The notes beneath the pieces were generated by a model. The model was not told the DNA's origin. It did no database searches and was given only the letters and a program-made list of their open reading frames with translations. Below, piece by piece: positions 1 through 6,231 of a DNA stretch of 64,000 bases (within the stretch, counting starts at the first letter, position 1; each line of letters starts with the position of its first letter). Origin of the DNA: Mycobacterium sp. GTDB lineage: Bacteria > Actinomycetota > Actinomycetes > Mycobacteriales > Mycobacteriaceae. The stretch lies in assembly GCA_035505695.1 (NCBI GenBank), contig DATJQO010000016.1, positions 627-64,626 of the forward strand, written 5' to 3'. Both the position numbers and the translations under genes were made by a program.

Positions 1-1
1 T

Positions 2-307
2 GCGTTGATCTGGGGCCGATTCCGGCGGCTCTCCGAAGGCTTGCACCTCGTCCGGCGTGAGGTCCAGGGCCTCCGGCATGCTCAGGCCGATCTCGCGGGC
101 CTCGGCCAGCGTGCGAGACGCCTCGCGGTGCGGCCTGGCCTGCGGTGCCTGCAACCGCTCCCCGACGACGCAATTCGGCTCCGGCTCGCCGGGACGAGCG
201 AACATTGGGGCGTGGCCGCAGCGTTGTGGCGGCTCAGTCTGCGCGCCCCCGCCGCTCCGCTCGATTGAATTCGCCTTGCCTTCAACGATGTTGCTATGTC
301 CCATCAT
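2..307 (-). CDS. hypothetical protein, N-terminal part (ORF continues past window start); island/phage-associated
   Basis: Hand translation from ATG at 307-305 gives 102 stop-free codons (MMGHSNIVEGKANSIERSGG...SRTLAEAREIGLSMPEALDLTPDEVQAF...) with G/C-rich third positions. AGGAA lies just upstream. It is absent from the ORF track because no stop lies inside the window. Confidence 0.4.
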   Translation of the reverse strand, partial: MMGHSNIVEGKANSIERSGGGAQTEPPQRCGHAPMFARPGEPEPNCVVGERLQAPQARPHREASRTLAEAREIGLSMPEALDLTPDEVQAFGEPPESAPDQR

Positions 308-340
308 TTCCTAGCTTCTCTAGAAATCAAAGTGATTGTG

Positions 341-616
341 TCATCGGGGAATACGACGAACCGCCGTTCTTCTCGTGCAGACCGTCCAAACCGGGCAGGC
401 AGCCCAGATGGCAGATATTACGACCGCCGCCACCGGCTTCCCCGCCTCGTGATACCCGCGCTCCAACAGCGCCACCCGCTCCGCTTCCTCAGCCTCGAAA
501 GCCGCCAACCGCTCTGGGCTTTCGCTTGCCGCAAGCCAGCCATCCGCCGAAGCGCCCCGCTGCTCGCACACGGCGTGTACGACATAGGCGTAAGCGCCGG
601 GAGCATGGATGCTCAT
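341..616 (-). CDS. hypothetical small protein
   Basis: 91-aa ORF co-directional with and tightly spaced to its neighbours. The first ~65 codons look protein-like (MSIHAPGAYAYVVHAVCEQRGASADGWLAASESPERLAAFEAEEAERVALLERGYHEAGK). No family recognised. Confidence 0.3.
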   Translation of the reverse strand: MSIHAPGAYAYVVHAVCEQRGASADGWLAASESPERLAAFEAEEAERVALLERGYHEAGKPVAAVVISAIWAACPVWTVCTRRTAVRRIPR

Positions 617-667
617 ATCCTGGCCACCCCGCCGCCGCGACCCCGTTGCGCACCACAGGCATTCGAA

Positions 668-1054
668 CTAGCCCCCGTTCGCCCCCTTCATTCTCTCCCG
701 GGTCCACCGTGCGTTAGCCGCCGCCTGAGCCTTCCTGCTGGTCAACGACATCGGCTGCGGTACCTCCGTGCTGATCTGCCGGTGAAGCCGGGAGATCGAA
801 CCCTCTAGCAGCCGCAGTTCCGCAGCCAGCTTGACCCTCACCCCAAGGTCTTTGCGATCCCTGCACTGCTCGTACTGCTCCGAGAGTTCGACGCGCCGGT
901 CAACCGCAGCACCAAGCATCTCGATCAAATCGAGTTCTTGGGCAGACCAAACCAGTTCCCGCCCAGTCGCTTTGGAGGCCGACGCCAACTCGTCATCGAG
1001 CGCCGCGATAAGTGCCTGCGCTGCTTGCGTTTTCGGTGCCCTCATGCCGGTCAT
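668..1054 (-). CDS. hypothetical helical protein (phage-like small protein)
   Basis: This is the C-terminal 128 codons of ORF 668..1333, starting at an internal ATG (1054) directly preceded by AGGA. The sequence is charged and helical (…LDDELASASKATGRELVWSAQELDLIEMLGAAVDRRVELSEQYEQCRDRKDLGVRVKLAAELRLLEGSISRLHRQ…). The upstream part of the ORF is His/Pro low-complexity read-through. Confidence 0.45.
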   Translation of the reverse strand: MTGMRAPKTQAAQALIAALDDELASASKATGRELVWSAQELDLIEMLGAAVDRRVELSEQYEQCRDRKDLGVRVKLAAELRLLEGSISRLHRQISTEVPQPMSLTSRKAQAAANARWTRERMKGANGG

Positions 1055-1271
1055 CCTAGCATCGCCCCAAGACAGCAGCGCGGAGCGGCAAACAGGCGCA
1101 GCGTAGCTTGCCAAGCGGCTGACCTGCCGAAACTCAGGCCGGAAGCGTGCGCGCCGGAATCCGCTGTGGCGGCCGTAGCCCTCGGGGATGGCGGCGGGGG
1201 GTGGTGCCGGGGGTGGTGTTGGTGGGCGGATGGTCACCGGTTGTGATGGGGTGGTGTCGAGGGGATGGTGG

Positions 1272-1616
1272 TCAGTCCGGGGAATGGCTGAATGGTGGCA
1301 GTCCCCAGGATGGTGCGCGGTTGGCGTGTTCACGTGATGTCGGGAAGCGCGCCGCTGGCGATGATCGGATGGTGCGCTGCATGATGGGGTGGGCTGTGAG
1401 CCGGCGGTGGGGTTGCCGGTCGGCAGATCCCCGGCGGATGGGCAGGGTGGTCGTTGGGCAGGAGATGGTTGGCGCTATGTTCGCGTTGGCCGTGCCTGCG
1501 CCCAGCGCGATGACGGCCAAGCCCAAGCCACCGGCGAGAACAGCTCGGGTGCCCACTTTCGTCGAAACGACAGTGTGCGGCCCCAACGGCGGTTCATCCT
1601 TGGACATAGATTTCAT
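1272..1616 (-). CDS. possible secreted protein or remnant (signal-peptide-like N-terminus only)
   Basis: The N-terminus MKSMSKDEPPLGPHTVVSTKVGTRAVLAGGLGLAVIALGAGTANA resembles a Sec signal peptide. The remainder is Arg/Pro/His-rich and looks out of frame or degenerate. Confidence 0.25.
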   Translation of the reverse strand: MKSMSKDEPPLGPHTVVSTKVGTRAVLAGGLGLAVIALGAGTANANIAPTISCPTTTLPIRRGSADRQPHRRLTAHPIMQRTIRSSPAARFPTSREHANRAPSWGLPPFSHSPD

Positions 1617-1821
1617 AGCTGCACTGCGCCGACAGCGTCTGAGAGCCGGCGGGCTCTTGCAGCCTGGCGCGACGTTGCTTCTACGGGCCCGGCGGCGCCG
1701 CTGCCGCGGCGAATACGGCTTGGCGCAGGTCGGTCGTCTTCAGGGCCACCGCGCCTGCCAGCCCGGGCACCAACAGTGGTGGCGAGGGAATGATCGCGAT
1801 GGCCGTCAACACACCATCTCG

Positions 1822-2718
1822 CTAACGTCGTTCGGTTTCGGCGCCATCAGCGGCGCTGGCCTCCGACTGGGCGGCGGCCTGACCACGGGCGAGCGCCGCG
1901 GTAGCCACCACCGTCACCACGACCGCCACACCCAGGGCGACATAACCTAAGGCGTTGGTGTGGATCGTCTCGCCGAGCACGACGATTCCAAGCACCGAGC
2001 CGACGACCGGCTCGGTGACCAACATGGTCGGCATAGAGGCGGTCAGCGACCCGGCCCGGAAGGATGACTGCTGAAACGCCGTAGCCGTCACCGCGATCCC
2101 CGCCCACCAGTACAGTTCCGGCGCCCGCAATAGCGCCGAGAGGCCGTGCCCAAGCAGTTCCGTCACGCCCTTTGTCAACACCGCGACCACACCCCACAGC
2201 GAGCCAGAGATCAGCGCCAGCGGCACCGCCCTGCGCGTGCCGGGCCACATCCGCGCACCCAGCCCGCACAGGATCATCGCCGGAACCATGACGGCGGCCA
2301 CCCTGAGCCAGGTCTCCGGCGACCCATGCGAGCGCCCGGGCTGCGGATTGCCGACGGTGACGATCACTGCGACGCCGGCGGCGAGCAGCACGGCCCACGT
2401 CCACTGCCAGCGGGTGACGCGGCGATGGTAGATCTTCGCATTTATCGGTAACGCGAATAGCAAAGAGGTGCACAAGATCGCCTGCACCTCCACCACCGAG
2501 CCGAGGTCGAGGGCTGCCGCCTGCAGGGCGAACCCGATGCCTCCGCCGATGGTGCCCAGCCACCACTGGCGATCGCGCAACAGCCGGGTGAACAGCCCGA
2601 CAATGCCGACTTCCTCATCGGTCACCTCGTGGGCGGACCGCAGCTGGATGACATCCCCGAGGCCGATGAAAAAGGCGGCGCCCAGGGCGAGCAGCGCGGC
2701 GATGTCTGCTTTCGCCAT
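1822..2718 (-). CDS. DMT/EamA-like integral membrane transporter
   Basis: 298 aa with about 10 hydrophobic helices arranged as two repeated halves. The hydrophobic segments are Gly/Ala/Val-rich, as is typical of drug/metabolite transporter family proteins. Confidence 0.7.
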   Translation of the reverse strand: MAKADIAALLALGAAFFIGLGDVIQLRSAHEVTDEEVGIVGLFTRLLRDRQWWLGTIGGGIGFALQAAALDLGSVVEVQAILCTSLLFALPINAKIYHRRVTRWQWTWAVLLAAGVAVIVTVGNPQPGRSHGSPETWLRVAAVMVPAMILCGLGARMWPGTRRAVPLALISGSLWGVVAVLTKGVTELLGHGLSALLRAPELYWWAGIAVTATAFQQSSFRAGSLTASMPTMLVTEPVVGSVLGIVVLGETIHTNALGYVALGVAVVVTVVATAALARGQAAAQSEASAADGAETERR

Positions 2719-2804
2719 GGGCGCCTTCTCGGAGTAAGGGGAAACCTGCGGGCAGGCAACCCGGCAACCTGTTTGGATGGCGAGGTCGGGTGGTTGACGT
2801 CTCG

Positions 2805-2816
2805 ACGATAGCTATC
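2805..2816. promoter_or_regulatory. perfect 12-bp palindrome CGATAGCTATCG upstream of the DMT gene
   Basis: Read directly. It lies 87 nt upstream of the DMT start codon (2718) and immediately before the HNH-like remnant. Confidence 0.3.
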
Positions 2817-2824
2817 GGACGCCA

Positions 2825-3180
2825 CGGCGCAAGTGCGCGGGTATCCGCGCAGACGTGCAGGTGATGAATGAGAGCCAAGCCGCCTCGAGGTGACGACGCA
2901 CTCCCAAACCCGCACCGCGTCCACGACCGCCGTGGCCATGCCCCGCCAGGGCACGCAAGTCGCCGGCACCGCGCCGACGGCCCTGAAGCGATCCTCACCG
3001 GTTCGGGCGGGGCGATCCCGACGGGACGGTGGGTGGGCGCGGTACCCTGCAGCGCCGGCGCGCCCGGCCGAGTGCCAGATCGTGGGCAACGGTCAACTTT
3101 GGACTACCGAAACACCGCCGCCGCCCATCGACGGTCCACGCAGACAAGTTCAGAGCTCAGCCCCGATCCTCTGGCGCCGA
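2825..3180 (+). pseudogene. degenerate HNH / DUF222 (REP13E12-type) C-terminal remnant
   Basis: Family-like strings appear across three plus-strand frames: RKCAGIRADVQVMNE; then AKPPRGDDALPNPHRVHDRRGH, which resembles the GG-TD..L..C..HH core; then DGGWARY...GNGQLWTTETPPPPIDGPRRQV, which resembles GGW.T..G..W.PPP.LD.G.PR. Several frame changes and a TGA interrupt it. Confidence 0.3.
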
Positions 3181-3305
3181 ACCAGCCCGAAGTCTGGCCC
3201 ACTAACCCCGGAGACCGGATGGTGTTAACCGACTTGAAGGAAGTCCATTTACGGGTCAACCATTACGGCCAACGTCAATCAGTATCTCGACGTCCTGCTA
3301 CCAGG

Positions 3306-4841
3306 TCAGCGTGAGGGATCAGCCCGAATAGCGTCTGCCTGTGGGTCGAGGCCAAAGACCTGCACGGCCGCTGATTTGCCCTTCAGCGCGTGAAACCCCC
3401 GGTCGGTGAGCGCAGCCGGTCGAGAAGACAGGGTGTCAACGGTCTGGCCGGTGAGAAGGATTGCGTCGCCAGTGTTCTTGGTGAGTTGCTCTACGCGGGC
3501 CGCGACGTTCACGGTGTCACCGATGAGGGTGAACTCCAACTTGCCGCCGCCACCGATGGTGCCCGCGATCACAACCCCGGTGTTGATCCCAATCCCGATC
3601 TGAAGCGCGCCGCCGAATCGCTCAGCGACCAAGCGATGAATCCGCACAGCAGCGCTCAACGCCGAATCGGCGTGATCCGCAAGGTCGTTCGGCGCACCGA
3701 ATACGGCCAACGCGCCATCGCCCAGGAACTTGTTGACGTGCCCACCGGCATCAACGACAGCGGGCACCACGATCTCAAACAGCGCGTTCAGGCGCGAGAC
3801 CGTATCCTCGGCGGTGTTCGCCTCGGCGAACGGCGTGAAGTCACGGATGTCCACAAACATCACCGTCACCTCGCGGCGCTCCCCGGTGAAGACATCGTCG
3901 CCCTGCTCGAGTAGCCGCGCCGCCAGCGCCGGGTCAACGTAGGTTCCGAACGCCGCCTGAAGTCGTTGCCGCTCGGCCAAACCGGCCTGCATGCGGTTGA
4001 ACGACCCCGCCAAGGCACCGAGGTCATCGTCTTGCACCACCGGCAAGCGTTGGCTGTAGTCGCCGACCGCAACACGTTTGGTGCCTTCGGCGAGGTCGCG
4101 AATCGGTTGGAGGGAGGGCGAAAACCCGGCTCCGACGGTGATCGGCAGCCCCATGCCAAACGCCAAGCTAAAGGCGATCACGACAGCGAGTAGGGGAACC
4201 TCACTGACCCGATGGAACACAGCCGCCAGCATCGCGCCCGCCAGGGCGAAGACGAAAGCGACGCCCAGCATGAACGCGTTGGACCAGGCGGCAAAAGTCG
4301 GGCGAGAGCGCGGAAGGGAATCACCGATGCCCGTATCACCGGCTAGCGCGGCTCGCGCTGGCCGCAGGGATGCTTCTGAGAAGCTGTGGCTCGCGGCCAA
4401 CTGGGTGGTAGCTCCGAGGACGGCACCCCATACGCCGTACTGGACGACCCGCGACCCGGTCGCTCCGGCGATCGCACCGACAACGACCGCAAGCAGGGTG
4501 GCCCAAACGGCGGTGATGACCACCGCTCGGAAGAACCCCTCCCGAAGGTACCTGTAGGTGTCCGTCAGGGCTGTCGCCCGATCGACCTCCTGGGCCGCCG
4601 CCCACCGCTCAACGGAGCGGAGTCGGCCCAGGCCAGGAAGAACGGTCGCGTAAACCAGCACTGGCACGGCCACAACGGTGACAGCAGCCGTCTCGACGTA
4701 ATGATTGGAATGCTCGTAGGCGGTAATGATAATCGACGACACGAGCCAGATCGGGAGCAACATAAGGGTACTGATCACAAAGATCGCCCACGAGTACCTC
4801 GCCCCGTACCGATCCCACACCCACTGCCAGATGCGATCCAT
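3306..4841 (-). CDS. membrane-anchored HAMP-domain class III adenylate/guanylate cyclase
   Basis: 511 aa with N-terminal multi-TM region and a HAMP-like linker (RDLAEGTKRVAVGDYSQRLPVVQDDDLGALAGSFNRM). Cyclase motifs are VTVMFVDIRDFTPF, GDGALAVFGAP, IGINTGVVIAG and FTLIGDTVNVAARVE. The architecture resembles the Rv1318c/Rv1319c/Rv1320c type. Confidence 0.9.
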   Translation of the reverse strand: MDRIWQWVWDRYGARYSWAIFVISTLMLLPIWLVSSIIITAYEHSNHYVETAAVTVVAVPVLVYATVLPGLGRLRSVERWAAAQEVDRATALTDTYRYLREGFFRAVVITAVWATLLAVVVGAIAGATGSRVVQYGVWGAVLGATTQLAASHSFSEASLRPARAALAGDTGIGDSLPRSRPTFAAWSNAFMLGVAFVFALAGAMLAAVFHRVSEVPLLAVVIAFSLAFGMGLPITVGAGFSPSLQPIRDLAEGTKRVAVGDYSQRLPVVQDDDLGALAGSFNRMQAGLAERQRLQAAFGTYVDPALAARLLEQGDDVFTGERREVTVMFVDIRDFTPFAEANTAEDTVSRLNALFEIVVPAVVDAGGHVNKFLGDGALAVFGAPNDLADHADSALSAAVRIHRLVAERFGGALQIGIGINTGVVIAGTIGGGGKLEFTLIGDTVNVAARVEQLTKNTGDAILLTGQTVDTLSSRPAALTDRGFHALKGKSAAVQVFGLDPQADAIRADPSR

Positions 4842-5042
4842 GCCATGAGGCTAAGCCTGAGCCGCCGAAAACGACCTTCGGTTGGGCCGCGAGTTGAACA
4901 CAGCGACAGACGGCTTCCTCGCGATGTTCGAACGGCCCTCAGCGGGCGATCCACTGCGCGATGGGCCACTCGCAGTCACTCGACGGTAGCAACGATATCC
5001 GCGACCACCGCCAGGATCAGGACGATGGTGAAACCCAGTGAG

Positions 5043-5342
5043 TCACCAGGGCATCCCCCGTGATTGGCGCGGCGGCGGTGCAGGTATCCCGGCCGGTGCC
5101 AGCCTGCCGGTGCGCCAGGCCGTCAGGTAGTCACCGTCCGGCACGCAGCCTGCCGCCGTGATCGGCCTGTCCGGTAGAGACGCACAGACAGCGGCTGTCG
5201 GCGGCGCGGTGCTGGCCTTCCAGTCCACCAGGCGCTGCGCTCTATCCCACACAGCCTCTGCGGTGTCGCCGGTCAGGAAGCACTCAGGTACACCCGTGTG
5301 CTGAGATACCGCCGCGATGAATTCGGCTGGCATGTCGCTCAT
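5043..5342 (-). CDS. hypothetical protein (orphan, 99 aa)
   Basis: ATG is preceded by GGAG at about 6 nt. It is co-directional with and 52 nt downstream of the 242-aa ORF. No family recognised. Confidence 0.55.
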   Translation of the reverse strand: MSDMPAEFIAAVSQHTGVPECFLTGDTAEAVWDRAQRLVDWKASTAPPTAAVCASLPDRPITAAGCVPDGDYLTAWRTGRLAPAGIPAPPPRQSRGMPW

Positions 5343-5394
5343 GTTGATCTCCTACCGTAGCGATGGAACTGGCAGCGGGAGGCTCGTCAAGCCG

Positions 5395-6123
5395 TCACGG
5401 GCCGGATGGGTCATACGGTTCGCCGTTCGTGTACGGCTCAGCCGTGATCGTGGCCGAGTACGGGTTATACAGCGGAGGCGGCGGGTTGTCGTTGGCGATG
5501 GCCTTGGTCAGGGCCGCGTGATTCTGCGCCAGTACGGCGTGCTGCTTGGCCTTGAGCGTGGCCTCGGCCTGCGCCTCGTCGAGGCCGGGAACTCTTGACG
5601 CCAACGCGTTCGGCAGCCAGTCGGACGGGACGCCACGCGATGCCAAGTAGTCCGGCAGTTCCTCGGCCAGGTTAGCAATCTGGTCATCAGGGGTTGAGCG
5701 AATCAATTCCTGCACGGCCGCAACCAGTTTGGCCTTGTCTGGGACGCTATCCAGCACGCGCTCCTTGCGGTGCCAGAAGGACTGCGCCGCAAGGCGGGCC
5801 TCGACATCGTTGCCAACCTTCTGGCCCTTGATAAGGTCGTCCACTTTGGTCTGCGCGTCGTCGGCGTCGGCCTTGACGGCATCGAGGGCGGGCTGCAAAG
5901 CCAGCGCGGCATCCGACACCTGGAAGGCACCAGCGTTGTGCTTCAACACGTCTGGGTCGATGTTCGGGCTATGAGCGGCACGCCAAGCGGTGTACTGATC
6001 CGCGACGGCTTGCTGCGTCCGCAGTGTGCGCTCGACAGGGGTTTTGCCGCCAGGGTCGATGAAGCCGGACGGAATTGGCGGCGGATAGGCCCGACGTGCT
6101 GGCCGGACAGTTGGAAATATCAC
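5395..6123 (-). CDS. hypothetical helical protein (orphan, 242 aa)
   Basis: GTG start is preceded by GGGAG at 7 nt and by an in-frame TAG. The protein is Ala/Asp/Lys-rich and helical, has no TM segment, and ends in a Pro-rich tail (NPPPPLYNPY...). No family recognised. Confidence 0.6.
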   Translation of the reverse strand: MIFPTVRPARRAYPPPIPSGFIDPGGKTPVERTLRTQQAVADQYTAWRAAHSPNIDPDVLKHNAGAFQVSDAALALQPALDAVKADADDAQTKVDDLIKGQKVGNDVEARLAAQSFWHRKERVLDSVPDKAKLVAAVQELIRSTPDDQIANLAEELPDYLASRGVPSDWLPNALASRVPGLDEAQAEATLKAKQHAVLAQNHAALTKAIANDNPPPPLYNPYSATITAEPYTNGEPYDPSGP

Positions 6124-6231
6124 TACTGAACTCCCTTGCAGTGCCGTCGATTTGAAGACGGACGTTCAAGGACAGTCTAACGCGCCCGACCGGTCACGCT
6201 CTGCACGCCAGCGGTGTGTCTGACGGGGCAT

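Noticed and set aside
1190-1230. Possible G-quadruplex from G-runs (GGGGGG, GGGGG, GGG)
   Set aside because: Only three proper G3+ tracts lie within canonical loop lengths, and the fourth is more than 20 nt away. I kept it only as part of the GT-skew observation.
4985-5042. Hydrophobic mini-ORF (...GFTIVLILAVVADIVATVE-stop) just downstream of the 99-aa gene
   Set aside because: There is no ATG/GTG/TTG start in frame before it enters the upstream gene, and no RBS. It is probably a chance ORF or a relic.
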